From the NCBI GenBank assembly GCA_964016885.1, contig OZ024740.1, forward strand, positions 87,668,001-87,732,000: a stretch of DNA of 64,000 bases. The letters run 5' to 3'. The notes below the pieces were generated by a model. It did not search any database and was not told the DNA's origin. It was given only the letters and a program-made list of their open reading frames with translations. Of this stretch, positions 13,489 through 28,216 are shown piece by piece. The DNA is from Eledone cirrhosa. Its lineage: Eukaryota. Every line of letters begins with the position of its first letter. The stretch's first letter is position 1. The translations under genes and the position numbers were made by a program.

Positions 13489-13829
13489 TATATACATATA
13501 GTTTGTGTGCATACACAAAACCAACAGACTAAAAAATGCTTTCACAGATGCCAAAATTAATTCAAAATAACTAAAACTTTCTAAATATATCCAACAATGT
13601 TATTTCTTTGATGAAATATCTTTACCAGAATATCAAAATTAACCTTCAAATATATATCAAACAAGCTGCAAAGTTTCAATCAAAAGTTTTCTTATGACAA
13701 TTTAGAGTTTTCTTAATTATATGCTACATCATTTGATTAGTAGGCAGAACTAAACAAATAAATAATTACTGCAGTGTAAGAATGTCCTCATTTAAAATAA
13801 TCAAACCACACCATATAGAATGTTATACA

Positions 13830-14024
13830 TGAGGATTGGCTGAAAAGTTCATAGGCTGACTATGAAGGAATGGTTCTAGTGCTGTGAAATCTTGCATGCA
13901 TTAATTTCAACTCTTATTAATAACAGCATTGTTTCTTTCCAGTGACTATGTTGAAAAATAAACCTCATTTGGTCATTCCATGAGAGTATCTTGGTCAGCC
14001 AATGAACTTTTCAGCTGACCCTCA
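13830..14024. mobile_element. Tc1/mariner-type MITE (second copy; extra half-copy at ~14148-14192)
   Basis: tgaggattggctgaaaagttcataggctgac ... gtcagccaatgaacttttcagctgaccctca|ta. Confidence 0.9.
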
Positions 14025-16156
14025 TATCTACAGCGAGTCATTTCAAAGGCCTTTGTGAAGTAAACCTTTGGTAGGTTTTTGCCAAGCAGTAAAATACACA
14101 CTAAGGAAAATATTGGACATTTCAGAATTAATCATCATCATCATTCATGGGAGTATCTTTGTCAGCCTATGAACTGTTCAACCAGCCCTTGTATATCATC
14201 GCTTCACAACATGTAAATGAATGAAACAAGCTTAAGTTTATGATAGATAAATGAGTTATGTAATTCAATGACTTGATTTAGATTTAATTTGACATATCTG
14301 ATGATAGCCCTACTATTTTTGCCATTCTCTGACAGTCATTAACTAACAGAAAACTCAAAGGATCCCCAATTAGTTTCAAAGAAGAATATTCAGCTGTTTA
14401 TGAAACTGAATATCTGACTTGTTAAATCAACATTGAAATAGTTGAGTTTCTCAGACGCGCGCGCGCGTGCGTGCGTGCGTGCGTGTGTATATATATATGC
14501 CATATCACCATGACAATATGTGACGAGGCTGGGTTTTTGAATTACAGATATGATCCATTTGATGGTTTCTGTCTACTCAAATTCCCTCAAGTATTGGGTC
14601 CACCTGAGGCTATGATAAAGAAACTTGCCCATGATTTTGAAACAAATTCTTTAACTACCAACAAATCCATGCTTGTATCCAATTGAAAGCACACTAGTTT
14701 TCAAAATTGTATCTGTTGCATTTGTGGCAGAAATTAACGAGTGTTACTTCAAATGATGAACACTTTGGTTCTTTTATGTCAAAGAAGTAATTTAATTCAA
14801 AACAACCTTTTTTCGGTTCCAAATATACACTATTCTCAACACATACTCACACTTCTCAAAATATATACGAAAATATAGAAAAAGTTCTGTGAACAAATTC
14901 TTACTAATCAACATATTGCAACCACTGGCTAAACCTTTGGCTAAATTCTACATCTGCTACTACAATGTTCACAAAAGATATATTATTGAAGTTCTAAATG
15001 TATGAATTTTATTTACATAAATATTTTACAAAAAAACAAAGAGTAAAGAATTAAATGAAAATGTGGATGAGTAAAGTGAGGGGGCAGATTTCACATTCTC
15101 TCTCAAATATATCACCTAACCATCACCTGACCTAAATGTAAATTTGTCCCTCACTTCACCCTCCCCAACTTCATTTCATCAGGCTGAACTAAACACTTTG
15201 TCAAATCTCCTTTTTTTTACCCCTACAATAATATATCCTTCTTGACATCACTGACTATGTAATATTACCTGCAACAATTGTAACAAGATTTATTATACTA
15301 AACCTACCCCTATTACTTATTTTATCCTGGGGGATCATGAACAAGGACAGTAGCACTGTTTTTTACAAACCATTAACTCTCTCCTCGATTCATTTAGAAA
15401 AATCAAATATAACATGTACCTTTAATATCATATGAGAGATAATGATATAATGTAATAACAGCACCATAGATAGTAGTGGGTGGGGGGAATTTCATCCTTG
15501 TGCCATAACCACAAAATACCTATTTATCCATTCATTATTATTTGCTCCACATCACCTATTGTTTTTTTGTTGATTCCCTTCGTCTAAAATTAGAACAACT
15601 ATTAAATTTTATTTTTTTGATGTTGAAAGAAAAATATAGCTGCATTCTACTAAACACTTAAACACACATATGCTCTTAAACTCACTTTCATCTTAATACT
15701 TTTATAATGGTATATATATTACCATGTACTAAAGCCTTTCATTGTATATTTATGACCTGGTCACTGATACTCCATCCCACTAAATCTAGTTTTTAATAAA
15801 AAACAAAACAAATAAAAAATTTTTCCTAGATATTTCAAAATTCATGGTGTATATATTTCTAGTGAAAAAAATGTCTGACTTTTTCATATTTCCTTATATG
15901 CAAAAAGGAATATGCATGTGTGTGTGTGTATATATGTGTGTTCAAATGTTTCTCATTTATTTGTTTTTCTTTGCCAGAATGGTAAGCATTATCCATAGCT
16001 AAATTTAGCTGAACATGGCATCACACATGAAGTTAATATTTATAGCCTGAAAATGCTTTTGCTTAAAATATATTTTATTATATAATTTATAAACATGCTA
16101 GGTCTTCAGTAGCATTATATTTTATATACACTCACATATTATATATACATATACGC

Positions 16157-16316
16157 CTGTAATAAACACACATTTAGAAAACTAAATGACTTCCTGTTAA
16201 TAGAAAAATGAAACAAGATATGTTAGCAGAGTGAAGAAGCCCTATGTTCTGCTACCTTGCTTTTCATGTGCAATGTAGCAAAAACTAATTACTAATCCTA
16301 CTGCTGCATTGCTGAA
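16157..16316 (+). repeat. Unclassified ~160 bp interspersed repeat, inverted partner at 28595-28749
   Basis: gccctatgttctgctaccttgcttttcatgtgcaatgtagcaaa..ctaatt is the reverse complement of aattagtctttgctacattgcacatgaaaacaaggtagcagaacatagggc at 28621-28671. Confidence 0.85.
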
Positions 16317-19300
16317 GCTAAAAAAAAAAAAAAAAATTGTCTGACTGTTACAACTACCCCTTTTACCAAGCCTACAGATCTAATAACTGGAGTACTAGAA
16401 TTCCTCCTTACATAACAGTCTACTGTAGCTTCAACGAGGGTACTAAAAAACTGTTTCTAGTCTTATATATTTTTTATAGGTGTCATAACAATTGGTATTC
16501 AGAACACAGTTTTGAATACTATAGTTAAAGAAGTACTAAAATTTATTTCTATTAACATTTGGTGGTGACTGTTTTGTTAAGTGATGATGGTGGTAATTTT
16601 CATACTTTATACCGAGAATAAAACCAAAAACAATAAACAACCTTTGATCAAATTATTTCTGAAGATTAAATAATAATCATGAAATAAAATCGAATAAAAT
16701 GGAAATAAAGCCAAGATGCTGTCACAAAAGTTCCATCGTTTACTCATAAAAGCAGCTATGGTGAAAATACCATTGAAAACAAATTATGATGACATAATAC
16801 AGGATCTGGACACAAAAAAGTTACAAAATTTTGGTGGTAATAAGACAATGTGAATCATGAGATAAAAAAATTACTAAGCAGACATTAAAACACGTTTGTT
16901 AAAACAATTCTTATGAAAGACAACAAAGAATAAGCCCATACAACAGAAACCTTATATTCCATCTAAGCTGATTTCTAAAATATCCAGTTTAATAAACATT
17001 GCTATACTAAAAATAAATAAAACAAAATATACATTTGGAAAATTCAAAAGTAGGAAAGAAAAAAAAAGTAAAATATTTTTAAAATATAAAATCACAAAAA
17101 CAAAAAAAAACTAACAAACAAACAAACAAAACTAATAAAAAAAAAATAAAAAAAACATCAAACAGTAATTTCTAATGAACAGAACCATTTTCTCTATTCA
17201 ATCGTTTCTTGCATTTGTAAGGAAGGAAACAGGAAAATAATTTTTCATTTACGATTTTTTAAAATTATTATTACTACTATCATTATATGTTGTTTGTTTT
17301 TTTTTCAATTTTAAAAGCATTCACTTTTATTAGCAAACACAGAAATATCAATAGTAATTAAAATAGGTCTATACAGTATAGAGCAAGAAGCAAAACTATA
17401 AAAGTTTTGCCAGAAGAAAAAAAGACAAGAAAGAAATTAAATCAATCCAGATTAATTACTTCCACAGACAATTTAGCAGGTCATAAATAAAGAGATCACA
17501 AATCAAGTGAATTCCAGTTTAGTTTCGTCTGCTTTCATTTTCTTTTGCTATTACAGAAGTCTTTTTAAACAATGTATATTGAAAATACTAGCTAATGCAC
17601 TGAGGAAGCCTCTGTGAAGCTGCTTGGCCTGCTAGAAATAGACATATCTCCCCCAAAACATTCCACTGGGTAAGGACTATATTAAATAATGTAGTCTGAG
17701 ATAAATATATATACTAGTTGTGAATTTTCTTTTGGACAGTCTTCACTGGTATGTGTTCAGCGTTTGGTCTATTTTGTAGGATAAAATTGCACACTAATAA
17801 TAAAGAATTTAATATTATTAAAGTAGCATTCTAAAGGTACATCAAAAACTTTGAAAACACTAGTTAATGTATCGATAAAGAGGCCTCTATATCGTTACTT
17901 GACCTGCTAAAAATAGCAGACAAATCTTAAAATCACACTCAAACATGTTAAATACTATAGTCCTTCATAGCTTTAATAGGATAGGAGGGTCATGATGGTG
18001 GCCATAACTGGAATGTCTAATCATAAATCTACAAAATAAGAACCAACTAGGACTTTAATGACCCATCCAACTCATGTCAGCATGGAAAATGAATGGAAAA
18101 CAATGATAAAGAACTGTCAGAAGCATCATGTCTCATTTTGATTTTTTTTTTTGGGGGGGGGGTTAATACAGCATATCACATAGTTCTTTGGTTTGGTTTC
18201 TAGTTTTTGTTGTTCTTTATCTTTTCATTTTCATAAATTATATTCTCTCAGCCTTCCAACAACTCTCTATGTTCAAGTAATCATCTATTAATCGCATACT
18301 AATATAATCTAATTATATAACAAGTTCTACAACCAGTATAAAATGGCAGCAGATGTCAAAGTGTGACAGCAAATGTAATGTTCATAGACTCTAATTTCTG
18401 TTCTTTTGCATAATTGCTGAGACAAAGAGAAAAAGGAAAAAATAAAATCTCTACACTTTTCTCAAGACATCTTATGCAAACATATCTTAGAGTTTAAAAT
18501 TGGTGTAAGTGTATTGAGCTGTGGTGTGTATTCTTAAGGAGGATTACTAACTTTTTACTGGGGCACCACCTTAAAGGGATTTTAGTCAATCATATCGACT
18601 CCAGTAATTATTTTTTTCAAGTCTGGTACTTAGGTGTTTTTATTTTGCTCTCTAATTGTTAAACTGGTAAGTTATTTGACATATGAAAGTAGAACCCCAC
18701 CCATACAATAAACCTGAGTACTAATTTTTTTTCTTTTATTGTTGAACCAATAAGTTGTTTGACAAAACAGTAAACACGCACACACACACATGCAGGTGAT
18801 GGGCGTTTCCATTTTCCATTTACCAAGTTTTAATCAATGCATTTCTGAACCAGCAGCTATAATAGAAAACAATTCCCCTATGTGCCATGCAGTGGGTTGG
18901 GACTTGAAACACTGGTTGCAAAAAAACCCCACCTAAACCAGAGCCATACCTGTGCATTGCCTACACCTAATAAAAAAATTAACATTATTTTCTGTGTCAC
19001 AGTTTTGTAATCTGCTAAACTTATCATAGAATTGAGTAATAACATTTTGGATTAATATAAAGAATACTAGTATACTTTTTTTTTCAAATCTGTTAGATTT
19101 TCTTTTGAAAGGGAAGGAATTTCTGTGTTAGGTTACTGTTCCTCAAACATGTCAGTTATTGTGTGAGTATTGTATGGGCAAGTGTTGTGTATGTGAGTAT
19201 GCATATAATTGTAGTATCTCAAACTTCCCTGATGCAAACAATGATTATTTCTGCTATATTGCTTTTATATAAAATGGTATAAAGAGAGAGAGAGAAAGTG

Positions 19301-19979
19301 AGTGAGATATGGCAGTGTGGAAAAAGATAAATAGGTGGTCAGATTAACAGACAGGCTGATTGGTAAGTTTCATACTGAAATACTTGCTCAGTATGACACC
19401 TTCATATGTAATCATCCAATACGTAATAATAACAATATCTACTGAAAGTTAACTGTACTTATCAACAAAATCACTTTCATTTAATGTAGACATAAAACAA
19501 AAATAGATTGTGTTCTTTCTTCTCTGAAGATGAAAGTATTTAAAGAATCTGTGGAGTAATTTCTGAACGAAAATAATCAGAGAATATTACCAAACAAATA
19601 TTAAATAAGAGAAAATGAGATATTTGTTACTAATTAATGAAACAAGCTTAAAGAGGTGCCTTAAATTCTACGTTAGATCTATGGTTAATATTAAATAAAC
19701 TTATGAAAGACTAATATTCTGGTACTGCAAGGCGTTACCATCTTAAGACATTAATTATAATACCATAAAATAATTTTTATTGAGTTTCAGTTCATTATGT
19801 TCTTTCACGGGATAATGAAAATTACTTACTGCCCTTTGTGTTCCAAGTTCAAATTTTACTGAGGTCAGCTATATTCTCATCATTCATTCCCAGGTTGATT
19901 AAAATATATACCATTGAAATACTACTGTTAATTGAACTAAATACATTTGACACATCACCAAAAAAATTGTGACCTTGTA

Positions 19980-20037
19980 ATCAATTGTATTTATTTCATG
20001 ATTTCAGTGATCAATTGTATTTATTTCATGATTTCAA
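19980..20037 (+). repeat. 30 bp-period direct tandem duplication
   Basis: atcaattgtatttatttcatgatttca present twice head-to-tail. Confidence 0.9.
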
Positions 20038-21522
20038 TGCTAAGTGTTTAATTGTTTAATGAACTAAAAATAATACTCATTAAATTAATGTGTAAATGAA
20101 TGAATATTTCAGGAGACATACATGGTCTTAAGCAGAATTTGTGTGACTGTATTTCCAAAACCAATGTGACTGAATATTCCAAGGAGACATGGTCTCTAGC
20201 AGAATCAGTATGACAAAACTTTATCTTTGAATTATAGGTACAATTCATCTGACAGGCTTCCACACAGTTTCCATCTACCCAGTTTCACTTACAAGGCTTT
20301 AGTCAATTCAAGGCTATGGAAAAAGACACTTGCTCAAGATATCAAGAAGAACCTTATGACTGTAAAAATAACTTAACTATTCAGCTATGCATGTCTCTGC
20401 AATAAAACAGCAGAATTTTATGAAACTGGTGATGGTCTGTGTTGGCAAATTGTAGTACAATAGTTTGAACAGTAAAATAAATGTTATGTTCTGCTATACC
20501 GTTTTGGCTTCAAATTCTGATAGAGTTAGCTTTGCTATATCTAGCTAACTGTTTGATTAATAAATTACATGTATGCTAACAGTATTTAGTTTCAATGCTA
20601 AACTGTACTATAGAATATATATTTGTGGACATAAGCATATTGTTTTTATCATCTTTGGTGGTGCAGGCATACATAATTTTCCAACAAAATTGACTAAATT
20701 TTCTGACAATTTTGGAGGTGCGCCTCACCCTCCAACAATACACCAGTTTGTGGACACAAAACTAAAAGAGGCATCAGATGGATTAGTATCAGTCATTATG
20801 TTGGCATTTTATAAGTGAATACCTCTGTCTATACAGACAAAGGATTTACACCCGTCTATACATAGTTTTGACTAAAAATCTATAGCTGCAGGTATGGATG
20901 TGTGATTCAATTGTTCACTTTGTAACCATCTGGTTTTAGGTCCATCCTTCAGTATGGCAACTTAAGCATGTGTCAACAGTTGATCAATACCTTGTGAGGA
21001 GAATTTAGTAAATGGAGACTGCAGAAGTGTGCCATATATAAATACATGTTTGTGTGAGTGTTTATATATTTGTGATTATGTACTGTAACATTTCAACAAA
21101 AAAGAGATAAATTATATACCCAACACAAAAAACTAAGTACTGCATGGTCGAAGTCTAATGACTGGCACAAGTAAAAAAATAGAAGATATTTTATTGGACA
21201 CTATATTTAATTGTGTCTGAAAAAACAATTATATCAGTTTCCTTTTAGGCTTTGAGCCTCATCAAAAAGGAAATCAGTGTGGCAGGAGTGGTATGGCATT
21301 AAGTCCATACTGACAACCTGCTTTTAGTTCCATGTTAAAGCAATTTCTTGTTTCCTGTCTTTTATAAATCTGAAACATTTGTAGTTTAAATGAAAATCAC
21401 TTTGTTTTCTTCCAATATGGTTTATTGGCAGAATATCCAGGCTATAAGCACCAATATCTCAACCAATCATTGGCAATATAATTCTCTACCTAGACAAAAA
21501 GAAATAACATTATATAACATAA

Positions 21523-21712
21523 GGGCGGTGGATTGACAGTATTGGTAGAGGGTCGGATGCCATGCTTTGACGCATAGAGTTACGGCCCTTGCCATTCTGA
21601 TTTCAAATCCTGCCGAGGTTAACTTTGCCTTTCATCCTTACAGGGTCGATAAAATAAATTACCAGTAATGCACTGGGTAATTGCTGGCCTTGTGCCAAAA
21701 GTAGAAACAATT
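21523..21712 (+). mobile_element. tRNA-derived SINE with Meta-like central domain
   Basis: A-box-like tgacagtattggtaga, B-box gatttcaaatcc, then gaggttaactttgcctttcatccttacagggtcgataaaataa..accag (resembles the Meta-domain consensus), tail ggccttgtgccaaaagtagaaacaatt. Confidence 0.85.
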
Positions 21713-22106
21713 ATATAACAAGCCAATGAAGGAAAGTGTGTTTGATTTCTAGAAATAGCAGCTAAATCACAAACTGGCCATCCTCATCATTGTTTTACAT
21801 CTATTTTTCATGCTAGCATAAGTTAGATGGGTTGTCACATTCTGAGAATGATTACAGATGAGATGATCATACCATGGTCTTAGAAACCTTGCCAAATTAC
21901 AGGTACAATCCATCTGATAGGCTTCCACACAGTTTCCATCTCTCCAGTTTTACTCATTCTTGGGTTGATGAAGGCTTTGGTAAAAGAAACTTGCACAATA
22001 TATTATGAAGGACCTCATGATTGTTAAACAAACTTCTTAATCATTCAGCTATGCATGTCTCTGTAGTAAAACAGTAGAATTTGGCATGGTTTCTGTGGTT
22101 GGATGT

Positions 22107-22163
22107 CCTTTCTGGTGATCCTGTGAGTGTGCAGGTGAAACTCTAGAGTAGGAAGGCTCACTT
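22107..22163 (+). mobile_element. Minimal type I hammerhead ribozyme relic (Penelope pLTR-like family; other copies 13144-13200, 28314-28425)
   Basis: CCTTT-CTGGTGA-T-CCTGT-gagtgt-GCAGG-T-GAAAC-TCTAGA-GTA-GGAAGG: stems I and II intact, palindromic stem III ACTCTAGAGT, GUA cleavage triplet; core has A>G (CTGATGA is intact in the 13144 copy). Confidence 0.7.
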
Positions 22164-25100
22164 AAATGAATATATATATATATATATATATTATATTATA
22201 TTATATTATATAAAGAGGAGTTATGGATACAGCAAATATGTTTTAATAATCTACTGGAATAAAAATATGGAAGATTAACTAAGGATAAGAGAAATATCCG
22301 TTGCACTTTTATCTCTGGCTTGAGGTGAAAAGAAACTAAGTTGGAGAACTGACAAGTGTGATGGCTACCACAATTCATTTTGCTGTTATGTTAAAAGAAA
22401 CAACAAAATACAAAACAAAAGAAAATTCCATTCAATGGCTCTTTTCCATTTCGTTTTCTATCTAACTGGTTTATTTATCAAATTTAGTGTCTAATAGAGG
22501 TCAGCATCTAATTGAAAATAAAATTATTTGTAAAAATAATACAGAACACAAATACAAAACAATGTCTGCTTTTTTGTGTTATTTTTGTTTTGTTCCCCAC
22601 CTCCAGCCCCAAGCTATTAATTTAGCTTTCTTAAAGATTATGACAACCTACCAATTTTACTAAAGAATGGTGAAACAAATGTTTAAAGAAAGTCAGTCAG
22701 TATAAGAAAGAAATAATGTTTTAAGAATTGAAAACTAGGTTAAACTTTTCGTTAGTAAAATATCCATATGAGGAAGAAAAAGATTTAGTTATTTAGTAGT
22801 AGAGATTGGACCCGGGGGGAGGGGGGGGGGAGTGGCAGTTGAGTCATTAGCAGCAGTCTTACAGAGATAAACAGCACTATTATTTGATACTAGTTATAGG
22901 CTATTACTATTAAATCACAAAGAATAAGAATCTATACCTACCATTCCTCTTGTTTCACATACCTACAGTATGCATGTGCACATGTGAGTGTGTGTAGTCA
23001 TGTTTCATATACTTAATATGTAAGCATGTGTGTGAATATTCAAGCATGTTTTCTTTAGTGCAATCATGTTTCTGAAGACAGACAACCATAGCAGTCACAG
23101 TTCTTTAGTAGTAAACAAGTCAGATTTTCTGGTTCAAAAATGAGAACTGGACATGATAGTAAACAAAAGACTAAGATCAGAGAATCAAACTTAAAAAAGC
23201 TCTTGCTTGAGTGTAAATAACCTTTTTTTTTTCTTCTACAGTTTAATTCTAGTAGTCTTCAATTCTGGCATTTTTTTCATCTTTCTATTTACTTTACCTG
23301 CTTTGATTAACATCGGACTACTTATTGAAAAATTGATAAACATTTAAAAAAAATATATTGTAATTCAAACAAATATAAATATATTAATATATCTATGATT
23401 ATCATCATCAACATAATTTCACTTTTGCTTTAAAAAAAAAAATACTGAATTTTAGAAATTAAAAAAAAAAATTCTAAGACTAACTAAATTATGAATTGTC
23501 ATTTATTAATTTTTTTCAATATCTAAATCCACAATATTGTATCTATAATTTAAATAAAAGTACACCAAATCTCTTCTTTGCTTCTTCCTCCTCTTACTAT
23601 TATTCATTATTGTTATATAGTTACTAATTTTGAAGAAAACAAATGAATGGAAGTAGTTCTTACAGGAAAACACACATACACACACACAAACACACACAAA
23701 CAAAACAGAAGAAACTAGAAGAAACAAAACCAGCTTTTAAGTGGTTGGAAAAATAAAAATTGAATTACAAATAATTGTTTTCATTATTGACAAAAAATAA
23801 TGTGTATATTCAAGAAGCACACACACTCATATATATATATACACACACACACACGTATAGATAGATAGTAAATAGCCAAAAATGTATGTGTAGATATGCC
23901 TTTAAATATAAATATATATGCGTTTGTATGTATATATGCATATATATATATACACATTTATGTGTGTAAATAAATATATATATGTATGTTTGTGTGCGCG
24001 TATATATGTATATATATATAGATGTGTGTGTGTGTATGTATATTTATACACACACAGACAATGTGAAGCACGAAGTTAACTCTTAGATATCAACTATTAA
24101 AAGTTGTTTATCAAATCATGAATCAAAATGAGCATTCTAAGATATAATAGTTAGAAGAGAAGGAATATTTTGAGTGACTATATGCAATACAAAGAAAGTA
24201 TTTCCATCCAGTCTCAGATAATTACTACTAAGAAATAATAAGCTGCTACAATAAGAAACCGTTTTCTTTGCTGTTTAAAGAAGGAAAACAGCAATATTTA
24301 ACAGTTGTCACCCTTTGGGGTTCATTGTGTACCAAAGAAAGACTTGTAGACAAGGAAAATATGGAGAAATCTGTTATTGTTTCAGTATGATAGCCAAAGC
24401 TGAAACTGAATAACAAAATTCTTCAGAGAAGAATAATAGAATATTTTGTCTTCACAAAGACTTTTTTTTGCTCTTGAAAAAATATAAAGTGTTTTGAATA
24501 GTTTAAGCAGCCAGAAAAAATACAGATCTACTGAACTTCAATTTTTTTTTTTTATGTGTGAAGAATTTGATATAGTTTTGATAAGTTTTACTGCAATGTT
24601 GATTTAGAATGTTTCCTTTTCAAGTTCATTCCATTGTGTCTTCTTCGAATGACACTTGAGAAAGAAGGAAAACGTAATGGCTGTGTATATAACAGAAGCA
24701 TATAAAATATTAACTTGATAATGCCATTCATTGCAAGTCTCTATCCTACTCTATATCATCACACACTCTCCCATGCAACACCATATAATAAAAAATGGCT
24801 TGTCAAATAGTAAAATATTGAGAAAAATATAGCATTTTTGACACAAAAAAAGAAAAGATTGTAGTCAAGCTATGGACTGACTTTGGTAAATAATTTTGAC
24901 AAGAAAATGTCAAAGGAAAATCCTACATTGCAAAAAATACATTTTTTAAAGTATTTCTTTGTAGATTCGTTTTTCTTTTGTTTGTTTATCTCTTCCTATT
25001 TTGTTATTCATTGGAAGAGGCAGTTCATAGCACTGAAATAACATTACATTTTCTTTTGGATTTAATGCATAAAATATAACCCCATGATAGTCACGCTAGT

Positions 25101-26039
25101 GTGTTGATGAAAAAAAAAAGCACCAAAAAACTCCTCCTCACATATTAACATAGAAAATATTTTGGTAAAGTACTTTTTGCTAAACTCTCTCACATGATAT
25201 AAAAAATATATTTCGGAGATGTGGCTTAAGAGAGGTAGCAAGCTTTTGCTTAAAGCAGTGGATCCTAAAACTGTTTTGTCAGAGAACTCTGATATGCTTT
25301 TTCAGAAATCATGGAACTCATACTTATAGTTGACAACTAATCCCATTACCCTGATTTTAATAAGACATCAAATGCAACATTTCTTTAAAAAAAGACATTT
25401 TTTATTGAATTTTATTAAAAACATTTATCTGGGGAAATCCAATATTCTTTTTGCAGGACCCTAAACTTCATTGGAATGTTCATTGATAAAACATTGGATT
25501 AGAGTAGCCAAAAAGAGTCCTTAGCATCCTTCATCTACATACTGTTGCTGTTAAGCACTGGTTGAGTAGACCTATGATTAAAACATTCCAACATTGACTA
25601 TCCTGGCTTTTATTCAGACATAATGTATCCTGAACCATAGTATCCAATGTGTACTTTTTTTAAAACTATAAATGTATTATGTAAGGGAGATTTGGTTGTT
25701 ATTTCTAGCTGTTTGAGCAAACCTGTTGAGGCAACTCCATTGGCTTGTGTATACATGTTGATTACTATCCTTAGCAGTAAAGAAACATCTCAAATAAACA
25801 AAATAATGGCCTCTGCCTCTTTTTCTTTTTGCTGCCAAACAACTGCGTCAGGAGATATTTAATAACTCACTAATAGCATAATCTAGGGTACTTTGTTGCA
25901 ATAAAAATGTCTTGATTCTTTCATTAAGAGAGACATACTTCAAACATTCCACTACCATTGGGATTCATGCAGATTATAATTACTTTAGACCACAGGTTTT
26001 TATGCTAAATATACTGATACTTATCAATATGACTATAAA

Positions 26040-26258
26040 TATGGCTGTTCATTATTGGTAGAATGTCAGACAGCCTGCTTCGTGGCAGAGAGTTACGGCT
26101 CTTCGCGTTCTGAGTTCAAATCCATCCAAGGTTAACTTTGTCTTTCATCCTTACAGGGTCAATAAAATAAAGCACCAGTAATGCACTGGAGTCGATTTAA
26201 TTGACTTTCCCCTCTCCCCCAAAATTGCTGGCCTTCTGCCTAAATCATAAACCATTAT
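26040..26258 (+). mobile_element. Meta-like tRNA SINE
   Basis: gagttcaaatcc B-box and ggttaactttgtctttcatccttacagggtcaataaaataaagcaccag. Confidence 0.8.
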
Positions 26259-27216
26259 TCCGTAGTTCAAAGTAAACCTTCATGAAATGCATCTCAAAGG
26301 CAAAGATATTAGTTAATATAATTTGGATTATACTCTCAATTGTAGTTAATTTTTAGTTTACTTACATAAATGTCTTAGAGTATGAGGGCCACGACTGAAC
26401 TTTTCATTCACCTGCTGACAGCTTACTTAGCCAAGTTAAATCTGTGTATGATGATACTACAGTAAATGCACATGGCTTAGAGGTTAGATAATTGGATTTG
26501 CAATTGTATGGTTGTGAGTTTGATTCCCAGACTGGACAACATGTTATGTTCTTGAGTGAAACACTTAATTTCATTTTTTTTTTTCTGTTGATCGCATCCT
26601 TTTATGATGCTACAATGATGAATTAGCAGGAACATTAGAGTGTCATGAAATACCATGTGGTATTTGTTCAAGCTTCTGGCATTCTGAATTGAAATCCCAT
26701 GAAGGTAAACTTAGCTTTTTATATTTGTGTACCAGTCTAGGGCAGTGAATAGTTTGGTAGCATTGTTAGAGTAATGGATGAAATGATTTGCAGAATTATT
26801 CTGGCTGTTTAAATCTTGATGTGGTCTGCTTAAATGCTAAGATTAATCCATTGCCCAGATTCACATCACCACTTGACATTTGAGTACCTTTATCATAATC
26901 CCCTATAGCAAGCATTTGTGACATAGCCCCAGTTTAAGGATACCTCCCTCTCTCTCTCTCTCTCTATCTCAGCAGTATCAAAAGCCTTCAAAATGGCCCT
27001 GGTTGTTGTTTTCCCTCCTGACTAAACAATACAAGAAAATGTAAGACATTGGATAATATGAATATGTATATACCAGAAAATATGTGATGGTCATAATTGG
27101 AGTGCCTTTAATCATAGGTCTGTTCAACAACAGCAGTGAATTACTGAGTTGCTATATATTCTCTTTTAGCTCATAATATTCAATGACCTACATTGGGTGC
27201 AACTAAGCATCATAAG

Positions 27217-27307
27217 TTTAGAGAGAGAGAAGGAGAAGAGAGAGAAGGAGAAGAGAGAGAAGGGGAAGAGAGAGAAGTGAGAAGAGAGAGAAGTGAGAAG
27301 AGAGAGA
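27217..27307 (+). repeat. GA-rich ~15 bp tandem repeat
   Basis: About five copies of agagagaagg/tgagaag. Confidence 0.85.
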
Positions 27308-27756
27308 CGTTTATATATTATTATTCAATGAGAAAATAAAAATGTGTATTTTCAAATTAGCTTCAATTTAAAGGGTTCATTATTGAAATTTAAAAAGTTT
27401 CTTTGTTAAATTTCCAAACCATATGTAGGCACCTGTGGCATTGACAATAACCAAGTTTAATCTATATAGAATAATGTGTACCAATTAAATACTGGCTACA
27501 AGTGATACAGCTATACATATATATATATATAGTAATAATAAATATGAAGAACAAAATCCAAAGAGACGGATTGTATATATCATTATCATTGTTTAATGTC
27601 TATCTTCCAAGCTAGCACGGGTTAGATGGGCTTGTCCCATCGACAGGCAAATTGGGTCAAATGACCGTGTCTAGCTGATATAGGATTGTTTCTGGCTGGT
27701 TTTCTATGGCCAGATGTCCTTCCTAAAGCCAACAATATATATATATATATATATAT

Positions 27757-28122
27757 CATCATTTTACATCCGCTTGCAAGGATTAGATGGGTCCTATTCA
27801 GCATCTCTCCACTTCTCACGATCCTTCGTCATCTCCTCGATGAGTTTCAGAGATCTGAGGTCTGCTCTCACCACCTCCATCCATGTTTTACGTGGTCTAC
27901 CTCTACTGCATCTTCCTTCTACTGGGATTTCTTGGCACTTCTTTACCTAGTGGTCATCCTCCATGTGCATCACATGTCCATACCATCTCAGCCTTCTCTC
28001 CTGCACACCACAACTTATCCCTCTTATACCCAGTTTCTTTCTCAACTCGTCTATGCTTGGTCGTTCATGCACATTGACATTGCACATCCAACAGAGCATA
28101 CGTGCTTCATTTCTCTCAACCC
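27757..28122 (-). mobile_element. RTE LINE 3' fragment (different subfamily from 7261-8535)
   Basis: ORF 27947..28291(-): [55 protein letters not shown], continuing to GRPRKTW; both ends bounded by microsatellite. Confidence 0.9.
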
Positions 28123-28176
28123 GTATGCATGTGTGTGTGTGTGTGTATATATACACATAGATATACATATGTATAC

Positions 28177-28216
<40 letters not shown>

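Noticed and set aside
21523-21612. tRNA gene
   Set aside because: The A/B boxes belong to SINE heads; no cloverleaf or Pol III terminator, and the sequence runs into the SINE body.
22351-22370. miR-184-like string ggagaactgacaag
   Set aside because: Seed region absent and no hairpin.
22196-23727. Possible minus-strand coding exons (MNCGSHH.. after an acceptor at ~22383; MNNSKRRKKQRRDL|gtgtac)
   Set aside because: Each has only one convincing splice signal and no recognisable protein similarity.
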